A DNA stretch of 64,000 nt from Lama guanicoe (Eukaryota): assembly GCA_013239625.1 (NCBI GenBank), contig MU054212.1:248001-312000 (forward strand), in the 5' to 3' direction. The translations under genes and the position numbers were made by a program. Every line of letters begins with the position of its first letter. Within the stretch, counting starts at the first letter, position 1. The notes below the pieces were generated by a model, which was not told the origin of the DNA, ran no database searches, and saw nothing but the letters and a program-made list of their open reading frames with translations. Positions 25,401 through 38,930 of the stretch are shown here, one piece after another.

Positions 25401-26094
25401 CATATGAACTCAGCATTAGGAAAAGGTGCTTAGAGAAAACGACACTCTTCCACGTTGTTCGTATCAAAAACTGAGTCCCCCAAAGTGAGGAGACCTGAAT
25501 AAGTCTTGGTCCACAGCTGGTCTGGCGCATCACCGTCCCTGGAGTCCCGGCTGTTTAACACATCACATATTTCCCAAAACTCAGGCCACATTTTAGCAAC
25601 TCCATAGACAATTGCATCACTGAATGTTTTCCCAGCCCGCTCCCTGGAAAGAAGGTTTACGATTTCAGAATGTCACTTCAGTAAGAATGTTTTATCCAAA
25701 GTGATACTAAGCCCCAAAGACTAAGATTTCAAGATTTCTTCAGAAGTTTCATCCTGCTTCCTGGAGTTGTTAACCTGAAAACATTTATTAGTACATTCCA
25801 GAAAAGTTAGTTAGAACACACTCCAGGGAGACAAACAGAAATGAATTGTGGTGCTCATGCTCTAACCATTTCAGAAAATGTTTGCATGTTTCCTGTCCAT
25901 GCAACATCCATGGAAAGGGTCTAGAGAAACAAGGAGTAGAAAGAACACAGTGTATATATATCCTCAAAACTTGATGTTTCTGTTGTTTTGTCTAGTTTTC
26001 GGCTCTGGCTCAGAGTTCACAATACCAGTGGATATGTGTTTTTAAACTCAAGGTAGATATAAATTTATTTCTAAAATAAAAGGAAAAGGAACTA

Positions 26095-26330
26095 ACAAGT
26101 ATTGACTACTTATATACCTACTATATGCCAGACTCTATACCAGACACTTTATGTGTTATCTTTTATTCCTCAAAATAACTCCATGAAGTAATACTCTTAT
26201 CATCATGTTACAAATGAGAAAACTGAACTTCAAATTGTCAAAGAACTCACTTCATGTTTCACACGGCAAAGTTATGGAACTGGATTTCTGAATGCAGAAC
26301 TGATGGATCCCTAGGCTACTATGCCTCTCC
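26095..26330 (-). mobile_element. MIR SINE
   Basis: cctactatatgccagac...ttacaaatgagaaaactgaa. Confidence 0.7.
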
Positions 26331-26427
26331 TGCACCGTGAAGTTTAACAGTAGGTATCAGGTTCCCAAAAGGAAATTCCAGCTGTGGACAACTCCATGCC
26401 TCTCTTCCTCTCTTCCACTCAGGGAAG

Positions 26428-26540
26428 TTTTTTGGTTTGTTTTTTCTTTTGTTTTTAATTTTTATACAATTTTAAAAGTTTACTTTTCATTTACAATTAT
26501 TATAAAATACTGGTTATATTCCCCAAATTGTACAATACGA
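26428..26540 (-). mobile_element. Short artiodactyl-type L1 3' tail
   Basis: Poly(T) followed by ttttatacaattttaaaagtttacttttcatttacaattatt...tatattcccc…tgtacaatac. Confidence 0.65.
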
Positions 26541-26881
26541 TACTCCTCAGGTTCCAAGAAAGGAACCCTTTCTGTCTGAATCACATAATGACAAGAGGTG
26601 GAAGAGACTGTAGAAGTGATCTCTACTGACAACAAGCCCAATTAGAGAATTCTCATTCTTAGTCACTCCGTCAGGGGGCATCCAGCCTCTCTCTGATTAC
26701 ATCCAGAAACTGGATGCTCACTGCCACGTAGGGCAGACCATTTCCATACTTAAATAGTGAAGTTTTTCTGGAAGCGCTTTTGAAACTTGAGCCAAAGCCA
26801 GGCACTGAGCTATAATCCTAGCTTTCTAGGAAGCAAAGGTCTCCTTCACCATGGGGGTGCAGGGAAACACTTCTGTGAAGT

Positions 26882-26957
26882 TAGAGTGACCAATAATTCT
26901 GGTCTTCCTCGGACTGTCCTGTTTTAGCACTGAAAGTCCTATGTTTCAGGAAACTCT
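26882..26957 (+). mobile_element. MER94-like fragment
   Basis: agagtgaccaa...ggactgtcctgttttagcactgaaagtcc. Confidence 0.6.
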
Positions 26958-26984
26958 AGGTGAAATATGCCATACAGCTAAAAA

Positions 26985-27230
26985 AATCATGGGCTTTCTA
27001 GTCATAAGATAACTGAGTTAGAGCCCCAGCCATCATTTAATCTGTTACAGAGCTTTAGGCAAATTAATTCTTTATTCTAAGCTTCAGTTTCCTCATCTGT
27101 AAAATGGGGATAATAATATTCACCTTATAGAGTCTATGTAAGGCTTAAATCAGTAAAATATAAGAATAATAATATATCAGAGGAGTTTACTAAGAGCGCC
27201 TTGTATATGGTGAGGGTTTACAAATGCTAG
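26985..27230 (+). mobile_element. MIR SINE
   Basis: Near-perfect core cttcagtttcctcatctgtaaaatggggataataata. Confidence 0.85.
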
Positions 27231-27339
27231 AAAGTACAGCTACGATGACTATACTTTGACATATATTGACCAAAATTCTCCTTCATTCCAATTTTCAATC
27301 ATACTCCTTTCATCCTTTGAAACACCACAGAGCAAGTCT

Positions 27340-28000
27340 ATTCTTCATCCAAATGAAAACCTTTCATATATTTGAAGCTGCAGCATCCTCCATGCCACCC
27401 ACTCTCTACCTCCAAACCTGCACCTTTCCAGTCCCTTTTCCAGATTAAGCATCCCCAGTTCCTTTGATCATTGCTCATGTGACATGGTTTCCAAAGCTCT
27501 GGCCCTCTTGTTAACCTCCTTCTAGATCTATCTCTCTTAAAGTACAGGCCAAGAACTAAGCACAACCCCTTGATGTTGTCTGCCCAGTACGAGGACACTT
27601 AGACGATTACCTCGTTTCTTCTGGATGCTCTATTTCCATCACACGGCCTCAGATCACATTAGCTTTTTGGCAGCCTTCACCCAGTTGGCTTATGTTAATC
27701 TGACAGTCAGCTAACACCCTTGGGCTTCTCTCTCATAAGCTCTTAAAGGAGGTCTCCCTTGTTTTGGTTGCAGCTGACTTTTTTTAAGCACAAAAGCAGA
27801 GTCTAAATTTGTCCCTAGTAATTTTATCATGTGGGTTTCAGCCTACCCTTCCCAGTTGCTGAGATGTTTATGGCTCCTTAGCCTGTCAGCCAACATATTA
27901 GCTGTTTTTGTCGGGTTTGTGTCATCTTTAAATTTGATAAGAATGCTTCAACCCGTTGATTAAAAATACAGAATTTGAGGCCAAGAACAGAACCATTCAA
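27340..28000 (-). mobile_element. CR1/L3 LINE remnant
   Basis: ttttccagattaagcatccccagttcctttgatcattgctcatgtgacatggtttc; aaatttgataagaatgcttc corresponds to the reversed RT 'LIKF' region. Confidence 0.75.
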
Positions 28001-28044
28001 AGAGTCTACAGAGGTTAAATCTGGTTATTAAAACTATTAAAACT

Positions 28045-28290
28045 TCTACCATTTGTACAGTGATTGCTGTGAGCCAGGACTCAGCTAGACAATTATGAAC
28101 ATTATTTCACAGAACACAATTCTTCAGGGTAAATATGATTGTCCTCTTCTTACAAATGAGAAAACTGAGTCTCAGAAATATCGAATGTCTTACTCAAAGT
28201 TAAACAGCTAGTAAGTGCTGTAGCTGCATTTTGCAAACAGGTTTGTCTGATAACAAAGTCAAAATTCTTTTCTACACTACCATGCTGCCT
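28045..28290 (-). mobile_element. MIR SINE
   Basis: ttacaaatgagaaaactgagtctcaga...acagctagtaagtg. Confidence 0.75.
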
Positions 28291-28679
28291 CTGGAAGGGG
28301 AGCTGCAGAGACCATGAGGAAAAATCTTTAAGCTAAAGTCCTATTTGGAACTCCAAGGTTAGGTAAACCCCAATCCCCTCCATCCCACCTGCTTCACATT
28401 TTCCTGTGGCCTTCATCACCATGACCCACAGTCACAACTTAGGGTACAAACCCTTCTCCTCATACTACTCTCCTTTCATCAGGGCCCTGTCCTTCCTTGC
28501 TCCACCCTCACCTGTGCTGCCCTCTTTCCTCTCCATCCTTTAATATTCCAGTCAGTTTTCAAGAAATCCTCTTACATTTTCACTTTTTTCCTAGAACACT
28601 TCCCCTTTACAACACCTGACATTAAACTAAAACCTAAGGGCACCACTTCCCTCATCAATTCCTCTCATAGAGAGAGATC

Positions 28680-29340
28680 CACTCATTAAATTGATCATCT
28701 ACTTAACAAGTACTTACTGAGCAAATATCCTGAGCTGGGCACTGTGCCGGGAACAAGAAAAGAACAATGGAAAAAAAGTGGTCCCTGCCCTCATGGAGCT
28801 TATAATATAGGAGAGGAATAGACATCAAATAATTACACAAGTAAGTACCTAATTACAAATAAAAGTTCTGAAAAGGAGAAGTTCAGTATTCTAGGAGAAT
28901 ATACAGTACAATACAGTAGATTCTAGACTGGACCATAAGAAAGCTTCTGGTTTAGAAAGACTCGTTTACTGTATTTGTTGAGCATTTATTATTATCTCAG
29001 ATAGCAGTAGTACCTATTATATATGACATAATTTATAGGTACACAATGTTAATAAAAGACATAGAAGGAAATTAACTTTTGATTATAGGTACACAATGTG
29101 ATACGTAAAAGATAAGCACACGAGCATTTGAATAAATTCTGGGAATCAGGGAAAGCCTCCTGGAAAGTACTCAGCCTCATTCTGATGCATGAACATTAGT
29201 GAGCCAGAGAGAGGGGACATTCCAGTCAAAGGCAAGAGCATACACAGGGCTTTGGGGGTGGTTAGTTATATCCTAACACTTTCGGAGATCTGCATGGAGT
29301 TCCCTATGGTTAAAGCAGAGTATGTTTAGGGGTAAGGATG
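28680..29340 (-). mobile_element. L2 LINE 3' fragments
   Basis: aacaagtacttactgagc...gggcactgtgc...ggtccctgccctcatggagctta. Confidence 0.7.
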
Positions 29341-30589
29341 ATTTTGACCCGTCTATATGTCACACAGACGATCCAAGCCTTAAAATTAAAACATCTTCAA
29401 GGATAGATGGTGCTTCACCAATACAATGTTCAACTACAGATAAATTATAATTACAAAATTGGTGCTAGAAAAAGCTACTTGTGACTGAGAGAGATAGATG
29501 GAGTATGTGTGTACATGTAGCAGAGGAGGATAAGCAAATGGAACAAACTAGGCTCCATAATTATTTTATAAACAACCCACAACAGTTTGACTAGGAATTT
29601 GTTTGCAGTCCAGGTCATAACATCATAAAACATGGCCAAAAATGTAGCTATGACACTGCATAAACAAAAGGAAAATAAAGTACAACGATCCCATTACTGA
29701 TCATTCATACTGGCATGCATGTCATTAATTAGACTAAGTTAAAGTGGGTTTAAGTATCCAACTGATGAAAGGAGTTTTTTAAAAGTTAGAATGTAGTGCA
29801 GCAATTTGTCTGCCCTGGCTGTGTTGCCTACAGACAGTCATTAATCAGAAAGGGGACTATTACTTCCTTATGGAATTCAGCTTCAGTGATTTTCCTCTTG
29901 AACTTACCTGGGAATCTTTAACGTGGAGAGTCATGCTACTTCCATTACTAATTGGAAAGTTCAATTCATCCTTCAAATGTATCTCCTGAAGCCTAAATCC
30001 TTCTCTTTATTCAGTCAGAATATACCAACTGAAATTGAGTTCTTTTCCATCTTTCACATACATGTTTCTGTCACTGTTAAGGATTAGGGAAATTAATTTT
30101 GAGGGAAGAGTTGAAAGCCTATATATGGGGTTGTTTAAACAAAACCACATCTTTAGCCACGAATTAAATGAACCAGACGATCTAGAAACTCAATTTTGAA
30201 GAGTTCACTCTATTCTGCACTATGGTTTTTGTTTGGTTTTGGTTTTATTTCTTAAAGTAACAACTGAAGTTTGGAGAAGTGACCAGAGTCTCAAATAAAA
30301 TCTTGGGCTATATTTTTTTAATCTTATATACCAACAGATTATTTTACTTTCGGTTTAAAGACTGCCTCAATTTCTGACTTCTTTTTTAAATTAAGAAGTC
30401 ATATCATAAGGAGTAAAGGTTACTAAGACATCAATCTTTCCCACCACACCAGGTTCACGAATATAAGGGCTTCATCTATTGTTTGGGTCCATAACTCGCT
30501 GGGTCATAACTCATTATTATTAGAGTAAATAATAAATGTAATTCATACTGGATCTGTAATTTTCATTTTCACTTGCCCTCTGTCCTTAG

Positions 30590-31380
30590 CTCTGCCCTGC
30601 TAACATTAATGATTTAGATGCAAATATGGAAGTTATGCTCAACAAATTTGTTAATGATAAAAATTCAGAAAGGACAGCAACTATTGTTGATAAAAGAATC
30701 AAGGTTCAGAAAGAGCATGAGAAGCTCGAACAATGGACCAATGTAACAAGTAAAATTAGTGTGAATAAGTACAAGATTCTATACGTGGGTTCAAAATTCA
30801 ACTGTGCAAGTGGCAATAAGTATGTAAGAGACTTAGGAATTTTTTAATAATAAAGTCAGTATTTGTCAACAGTGTGAAATTTAATGGCTCCTTATCATGG
30901 TCTCATAAATATATAATATTGAGAATGAGAAAGTAGATAGCTCAGTAGTGAATTCAACTCTGGGCATATATTAGAGTGTGTTTGGGATATGCTTGGTAAA
31001 AGAGCCTGAATGCATATTCCAAGAGAATGTGTTCAAGGAACTAGGTTACTTAACCTAAAGACAGGACTTGGGGAGCAAACAGTAGGTATCTTCAAATAGT
31101 TAAAAAAGGAATTCAACTTACTGTGCATAGATCCATAAGGGAAGAAGTAGGACTAATAAGCATAAGTTTAGGAAGACACATTTCAGTGCAAGTGAAAGAT
31201 CTTTTCTAGAATCAGACAAATAGTAAGGCAAAGATGGAATGGGCCGCCTCCAAGTCCCCTGCCCTTCACCGGTGGTGTTCTAGTTCAGGCTGGACAACCC
31301 CAGCTAGGAATATCAGCACATATTGCAATGAGGACTCAAGCATTACGTGGATGATTGGACTGGACAATCTATGATCCAGC
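30590..31380 (+). mobile_element. CR1/L3 LINE ORF2 (RT C-terminal) remnant and 3' end
   Basis: ORF 30626-30847 (LNKFVND…DKRIKVQKEHEKLEQW…NKYKILYVG) resembles CR1 RT (IKFADD…IQKDLDKLEQW…KCKVLHLG). Confidence 0.8.
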
Positions 31381-32647
31381 CTTTCTGGACAAACTCAGCT
31401 ATCGCAAAGGGGCTCATCTGGGCCCCCACAAAGCACAAGATCTCTTTCAGCTGTCATAAAATATAGCCTTGAGGGTGGTAAAGCTGACAGAAAGCTAATA
31501 TTTCAGTTGTTCTGCATGGGATCTTAGCCAAAAAGTCAAGAAGTAAATATATTTTAGTGGTGTGCAATGGCCTGAGAGAGAGAGAGGACCATTATTTTAT
31601 TATGTGACCCTTCTTCCAACTGGGTGAGCTCATCCTCATGTTTCCAAGAACACTGCCCAGACCTTGTGGGGACTGTAGGGTGAAGTAACACCATACTTGG
31701 GCCTTTCAGAAAAATGACGTGCTGAGACCAAACCCAACTCAGGATCCCTACACACAAATCTAAGGACCTTTTTAGCCAGAGCAAAGAATACAAAGACCCA
31801 TAAAGACACATGTCTCAGAGATTAAATTGGGGGATTTATTTACCTAAAAAGTTTTCAGAAATGTATCTTTAACACTTGGATTTCCATTGTGATGCACTCA
31901 ATAAAAGAAGTAAACCCACCATAATGTCCTGTTTCCCTTTATGTCATATCCTCTAATAAGGGGTGGGGTCTGGGGTGTGCAGTAAAGCCTAGAATCTTTG
32001 TTTCCTTAGATTTGAGGGGGAGCATTTTCCTAATTCTGTGAAAATACTTTCTCCCTCTCTCTCTCTGAGAAAATTGTTGTCCCTGATACTTGACACCGTG
32101 ATCACTCTCAGAACTACAGAACTAATAGCCAGAAGCATGAAAACTTTATCTCCCTCAAACCACAAGATAAATAACCAGAAGAAAAGGAAAAGCAAAAGTT
32201 CTCCATACTTTAAAAACCCAGGGTCTCTTCTACCAGAAGGTGAGGGGAGAGGGGTTGTTATTTAGCTTAATTAAGTAAGAACTTTCTTCTAGTCAGCTGT
32301 GCCCAAGAGTGAAATGGGCTGCCTCAGAGTGCATCTGTTCACCACTAAGGGAGGTGACTGAAGTCAAGAGCAAAGAAATCTAGTTGGTATCTTGGTCCTA
32401 AATTCCCTAGAGACATGCTTAAGAAGCCCCAGCTGCCATTATAACATCCCAGCCAAATGGGTTTGCTAAGGAAGCAGAGGGCTTGTGTCTGTTTCCAATG
32501 GTACCACCACCACTTTTGCTCTTCAATGTTAAAGACATAAAATAGACACAGGCAGAGCTACTTTTGTTGAACTGTGTAGGAGTGGGCTTAGAAGGAGGAG
32601 GCGGCCTGTTTTTATTTGCTTTGAATTTTCACTGTTACGAGTAAAGC

Positions 32648-32735
32648 TTTTTTTTTTAACGGAGATACTGGGGATTGAACCCAGGACCTCAAGCACGCTA
32701 AGCATGTGCTCTACCACTGAGATATACCCCACTCC
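32648..32735 (-). mobile_element. tRNA-derived short SINE (camelid Vic-1-like)
   Basis: Poly(T), gattgaacccagg (B-box), ctctaccactgag (A-box); TSD agtaaa(g/a)ctt at 32640-32649 and 32736-32745. Confidence 0.9.
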
Positions 32736-33703
32736 AGTAAAACTTATTTTGAAGATTCCTCACATACACCGGTGGCTTGAAATCCATCCGTATAATTTGT
32801 TGTTCCTCAAAAATTTGCATTATGCCGCAAGACAGGGATTCCAAAGAAAGCAAAAAGAGAACAACTTTATCATTTTCTCCCAATGCCCATTCATTCTCTT
32901 CTCTTCTGCTCCGTACATGAATCTAGGACAGGACTATTGACTTTTCTAATCTCTCTCAGATAATAAAAATGCTCCCCCTAAAGTCTTACTCTCACTTTTA
33001 TCCAGAAAACCAACTCATTCCAATAATTTAAATATCCCGTATAACAGTCCCATATAACAGTCAAAAATCAAAATCCCCATCTTTATTTAGAGTTAATGCT
33101 TCTCTCATTCCCTGGCGTGGGCTGCTTCAGGCTGGAAGCCTGCCGTGGGAGAGAGGGACTCAGTCACAGTCACCTTCTCTGGGTGCTTCTGGTCCTCCCT
33201 GCCAGCTCACTCGCTGTGTTTTCTGTCCTCTCTGGAAGTGGAGTAGGACAAAGGATAAAATGACACTGTTGTGTAAGGAGCAGAGCACCCTGACACCTGA
33301 AATGGATGAGAGGACAGCTTTCTTCATGTTCAAATCAATAGTATGCTCTTCAAACCCTCTTTTAGAAACTTTTGTTTAAAATTATGCTCCCTCAATAAGC
33401 AGCCTTCACACAGAAGCCTTTCTTACTAGGTCTTGGCTACTGCTTAATCAGGTGACTATCTGCTACCACCACAGAGCAAAACTAGGGGAGATTTCTGCTC
33501 TAGGGATCAAGTTCAGGTCCAGACTTTTCCCACTCTCTTCTCTCAAAGTATTCCTTAGAGCATTTCTTAACTAATACATTTGAGTTAAATTACAGAGCCA
33601 GCTTCAGGCAAAATATTCATTAAATATCCTTTTCCCGTAGGCCAGAGACATACTTTCTACTCTTTAAAGATCAGTAATTTTTTGCAAGCCACATGTATTT
33701 CCA

Positions 33704-33717
33704 CCACAAGGTGGAGA
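33704..33717 (+). promoter_or_regulatory. CTCF-like motif
   Basis: CCACAAGGTGGAGA preceded by TGTATT, similar to the CTCF upstream motif. Confidence 0.45.
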
Positions 33718-33789
33718 TTCATCCTCTTAGGTTCCTAAAAGTGATGTGACCCTATTGGATATACAGAGCATCTTTCTCTGGAAAGAACC

Positions 33790-34590
33790 AACTGGCTTCC
33801 ATCAAAGCATTCTGAAGTATTTATTCATCATTTCTACGGGCTACTTGCTAATTGCAAAGGGAAAGGTAAACCTTTATAATGGCACGATCTGGCACCTTAA
33901 CCAAGTAATCAAGCTAAGCTGCACTAACAGTGGGACAATAGGATATTATATTCTTCCTGATGTGATGCACCATAGAGCACAAAGCATCACTTACGATGTA
34001 CTCTTGCCAGACGTGTTTAACCTGAAGCCGATGTCAATCTTTAGACATAATTTCCAGTTTATAGGAAATAAAGAAGATAAAAGAACAAGGCTAAAAACAA
34101 AAATAACCATGAGGAAACAGTAGGGCAAATACAGAATATGGAATGTCTTACAACTGGCATAGTTTCTTCAAAAAGTCCATGTCACAAGGAGAAAAAGTTA
34201 GACTCTTCTAATGTAAGAGACTAAAGAGATATAATAACCAAATCAAAGCATGAAACTTCAAGGGGTCCTGATATAGAATAAATGACAATAAAAGATATCA
34301 CGGGGGGAAACTTCAGTGTGGATTAGATAGTAGTTGTTATTAGGTAACTGTTAATTTCTTGAGGTATGATGGCAGAGAGTTACACAGTAAACTATGACTA
34401 TAATCAATACATATGTAATGAAGTATTTGCAGATAAGTGTCATGATGTCCAACCAGTATGTATGTGTGTGTGAGAGAGTGTACACATACACACACATTCA
34501 AATATATTAATAATTTGAGTATTGTTACTATTCAGGTAGTCATTGTAATGTTCTCTCAAATTTTCAGTATGTTTAAAGCTTTTATAAAAT
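33790..34590 (+). mobile_element. Old L1 (L1ME/MC-like) 3' UTR
   Basis: ctaattgcaaagggaaaggtaaacctttataatgg...caccttaaccaagtaatcaag...aagagactaaagagatataataaccaaat. Confidence 0.7.
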
Positions 34591-36050
34591 ATGATTGAGC
34601 TGTCCCTATTTGTAGAGTACTTGATTTTCTATGTAGAATATCCCAAGGCACCTACAAAACAAAACCAAAAAAAACCTCCTGGTGAGAATGTGAAGAAATT
34701 GAAGCCCTTATACACTGTTAGTGGGAATGCAAAATGGTGCAGCTACTATACAAAACACTGTGAAAATTACAAAAAAAATTTAAAAATGGAAGTACCCCAT
34801 GAGCCAGCAATCACACTTTTGGGTATCCATCTAAAACAATTGAAATCAAGATCTCAAAGGGTGATTTGCACACCCATGTTTGTTGCAACATTATTCACAA
34901 CCACCAAGAGGTAGAAATACTCTAAATGTCCACTGACAAATGAATGGATAAAGAAATTGTGATGTATACATAACAACAGTAGGTTACTCAGCCATAAAAA
35001 AGAAGGAAATCTTGTCATATACTACAACGTGGATGAACCTTAAAGACATATTGCTATATAAAATAAGTCAGTTACAGAGGGACAAATACTACACATCTCC
35101 ACTCACATGAGGTATCTCAAGTAGTCAAACTCACAGAAACAAAGAGCAGAATTATGATTGCCAGAGACTGGGGAGAGGGGAGAATGGGGAGTTGCCGTAC
35201 GCAAGTTTCAGTCTTGCAAGGTGAAAAGTTCTAGAGATCTACTGTACAACATTATGTTTAGAATAAACAATACTGTTTTGCACACTCAAAATTTTGTTAA
35301 GAGGGTAGATCTCGTATTACCTGCTTTTTACCACAACAGAAAAATATTTTTAACTTCCTAAAGCTAAGTTCAGCTCTGATGCACATTATAAGATCAATGC
35401 ACAAAATCCATTGCACTTTTTTTGTAATACAATAGACATATGGAAACCAAAATTAAAAATAAGATGCTATTTTAAATTGCTCCAAAGAAAATGAAACAAA
35501 ATATGTACAGGATCTATATTCTTTAATTATGAATATATTGAAAGGAGTAAAAGAAGACTAGGATAATTGGAGAGTTCATAGGTTGGAAGATTCAACGTAA
35601 TAAATTTGTCAATTCTCCTCAAATTGATGTACAGACTTAACACAGTTCCTATCAAAACCCCAGCAGGGTGTTTTGTAGACATAGACAAGCTTATTCTAAA
35701 ATTTAGAATAAAGAACCTAGATTAGTCAAACCAACTTTTTAAAAGAATAAAGTGGGAAGAAGTAGTACTTCCAGTGTTGACTTCCTACACTATACCATAC
35801 AGCTACAGTAGTCAAGACTGGGTGGTGCTAGCAAAGGGATACACATACAGATCAATGAAACAGACATGACTTACACATACTGCTCAACTAATTTTTGACA
35901 AAGGTGCAAATGCAGTTCAATGAAGAAAGGATAGCCATGTAAACAAATGGTGCTGGAGAATCGGACATCTACAGGCAAAAAAGAGAAAAGAAAAAAAGAA
36001 CCTTGACCTAACCTCACACCCTGTACAAATTTTAACTCAAAATGGATCAA
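34590..36050 (+). mobile_element. L1 ORF2 remnant with a nested L1MA-type 3' end (about 34680-35345)
   Basis: ORF 34591-34914 has the L1 ORF2 C-terminal signature (…GNAKWCSY…PAITLLGI…ICTPMFVATLFT); host resumes after a short repeat aac(c/t)tcct. Confidence 0.85.
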
Positions 36051-36677
36051 AAATTTCCATCTTTATCCCACTCCTGATTGTCACTCAATTCACAAGGAGG
36101 GTTCCAGAATGCTGGGAACAGTCCCAGGCTGACATCAGTTGAAACCATCAGACATTGTGGAAGTTACTACTTGAACTTTTTTCAATTTGATAATCACTTC
36201 CGTGTGACTGCTTCACCAACGCACAAAGGATGGGGAAAGTGGCTGAACACAGAACTCACCTACAAACCAACCACTGAACCCAAAAGGCTTTCTGGCATGG
36301 TACCATATTTTCTCTTCTTACCCTCCTATGTTTCCATAGAGCCCTTCTTAATGTTGAGAATAAGAAGTTTAATCATGAAAAATTCACAAATAACTACTCC
36401 CATATTTCAGAGGCCCTCATATTCCTCTGACTCTGCTGAGGATCAAATATAGAGTAGGTAGTTCCTTGTTCCCTCATGATCCTTGAAAAAAAATACTTTC
36501 CAGTTATCCAATACAGTCAATTAACTTAATTTTTTTTTGCATTGCTTTGAAATAAAATAATTATTTGTGCATAAAAATCAATTGGTAGCTATGGGATTTG
36601 TGGACAGATGGTATCTGTCAGCTTTCCCAACTGCAAACAGTCTTGATTTAGGATGTTTTTCATCTTAAAGAATGAAT

Positions 36678-36895
36678 AGGGGTTAAAAACATGGAGTTTG
36701 AACGCACACAGTCTGGGTTTGAATCCTCTTTATCCCTGTGACTGCATATTGAATTTTCTGTGCCTCTGTTTCCTCATCTATAAAACGAAAATAAAAATAA
36801 CAATCTCATAAGGTTGTTGAGGATTAAGTGAATCAATATTTGCAAAGCACTTAGGATAGTGCCTGGCACAAAATAAATGCTATTAAATTGTTAGT
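36678..36895 (+). mobile_element. MIR SINE
   Basis: ctgggtttgaatcc...ctgtgcctctgtttcctcatcta...aaagcacttaggatagtgcctggcaca. Confidence 0.85.
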
Positions 36896-37176
36896 TTTTA
36901 CCCATTGTGTCTCAATTGGGTTTCTCTTAATATTTCTCCTTATCTCTTTTATAAGCACTTCATTCCTACTCTCAAGCTTAACTTGGAAAGGATGGAATTG
37001 TTCTTCATTATGTCAAGACAAAATGTTATTGTTGGATTCCTCTTTAGGTAGAGACCTCATGACTGCATTAAACTTTGTACTATTGTAACTTTCTGAAATG
37101 TTGAGCTGGCTGTTGTGATGACTGCGTTCAGAAATAGCACAGAGACAAACAGTACCAGGATCTGAACCCAACCTAC

Positions 37177-37339
37177 CTGCTGAGGAGCCGATGAGAGCTG
37201 CAAAACACAAACCATGCTGTTCCCAAGTGGTGAAGAAAATTCCCCCTCATTCCCCATTGGAGGAGCCCAGGAATTTCTCCTACTGACTAAGGTCATAAGG
37301 ATAGCATCTTGTAGCTGGCTGGCCCCAGGATTGTTACAC
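37177..37339 (-). other. Candidate exon (163 nt) with strong splice signals and one open frame
   Basis: Acceptor ttttattttcag|G, donor CAG|gtaggt; frame CNNPGASQLQDAILMTLVSRRNSWAPPMGNEGEFSSPLGNSMVCVLQLSSAPQQ. Confidence 0.3.
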
Positions 37340-37449
37340 CTGAAAATAAAATTTTAGCCCCATGGCTAAAAAATGTAATTTGCACTGTGCTTTCATTGCA
37401 AGACAATCTTTAAATTAAACCAATAATAATAATTATTCATAAAAGACAT

Positions 37450-37670
37450 AATAATGGCAGCTTACATTTATGCATTTTTATCTTTACTAAAATATCTCAT
37501 GTGTCTTATCTCATTTGTTCCTTATGAAAACCTAATAGAATAAGTATCAGCCCCATTTAAAGATAAGAAGTTGAGACCCCAAAGGTCCAACTTACCCAGA
37601 GTCACAGAGCCAATAGTGGAGCCACCTCTCAAGGTGGGTCGTCTGGCTTCAAATACAGTGCCCTTTCTGT
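37450..37670 (-). mobile_element. MIR SINE
   Basis: ccccatttaaagataagaagttgagac...cttacccagagtcacagagc. Confidence 0.7.
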
Positions 37671-38930
37671 TGAGCCTGTGAAGAGAGCAGAAAGTGTAAC
37701 AGAGACTCTCTACATCTGAGAAACTCACAGCCTAACTGGGAAACAAAATGAAAAGTTAAACAATGATACAAGAAAATAATGCCAGTTTTACAATGTATGA
37801 TTTTACAAGTGTGTTTATACATGGGGATGTCACACTCTCAGTGGGCTTCTGGATAAAACTGCCACCAGTGGAGCATGGCACTGTTGCCTGCCCGTCTTCA
37901 GTTTCCTGAAAGGGCCCATGGCCCATTTCTGTCTACTACCTGAAAACCTGGAAGAACTAGGAGAACCTGACCTGTCACCAGGAGCAGAAAAAGAGTGCCT
38001 TATACACATGGAGATAAGAGATTAGTAAGAATTCACATAGTTCTCTCCACTACTGCTCACTCCCTCACAACATTATTCCACTTAAATAGAAAATATAATT
38101 CTTTAATTCATTTATTTGCAGGTAAGATAGGGCTCCTGCCCTCATGGAACTTACAATTTAGTGGAAGACAATCATGTACATAAGTAAATAATTACATATT
38201 GTGATAAGGGCTATAAAGGAACTTGAATAGCGCACATGCTTTCCTAGAGACTAATGGTAGAGAATCATAATTTATAAAGCATTCCCTTTTTCTTCTGACC
38301 TCTGCATATTTGGCTTCTGCTCCTCTGAAGGGTGACAACTCAAATTTCACCATCTCAAAAATGCCTATCTAAATTATGATCCCCACTGTTATTTTCCAAT
38401 AAAGAACTCTATTTATTCCTGATGATTAGAGGAAAGAGGGACAGTTAGTATATAGGTCATAAGGGGGTTAGAGCTTGTGTTGGCGGAACACAGAGACGGC
38501 CTTTGTGAGTGAAGCATGGGACAGGTGACACAAGATGAGGTTGGAGAGGTAGCAGTGGCCAGATCTTCATACAGGCCTGGCGGCCATGGTCAGGAGATTG
38601 TATTTTATTTGATATGTAATAAAAAGTCAGTGAAGAGTTATTAGCAAGTGAACAAAATGATCCAATTAACATTTTTAAAAATTACTCTGGTTTTTATATG
38701 GAAGCATTTTCTACTCATAAAACGTCTTCTATGATCACAAATCACTGACAAACAATATGTACTACTTTTATTCTGCCAACAAACTTTAAAATCTAAAGAA
38801 AACAGATGATATCCTATCAAAATATAAATTCTCCAGACTGACTCAATGACAAGCAGAACACATATGCAATCCAACATCTATAGGATTTGAAAGAATATAT
38901 CCTAATGCTCTACCGTTAAAAATGGCGCCA

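Noticed and set aside
30626..30847. RT-like ORF
   Set aside because: Decayed CR1/L3 fragment; the catalytic FADD motif reads FVND.
33035..33063. Small local duplications (also about 4381-4411, 30485-30511, 63390-63410)
   Set aside because: Ordinary 10-15-bp slippage duplications.
33746..35361. ORFs of 125, 107 and 67 aa
   Set aside because: All lie in L1 ORF2 or 3' UTR remnants.
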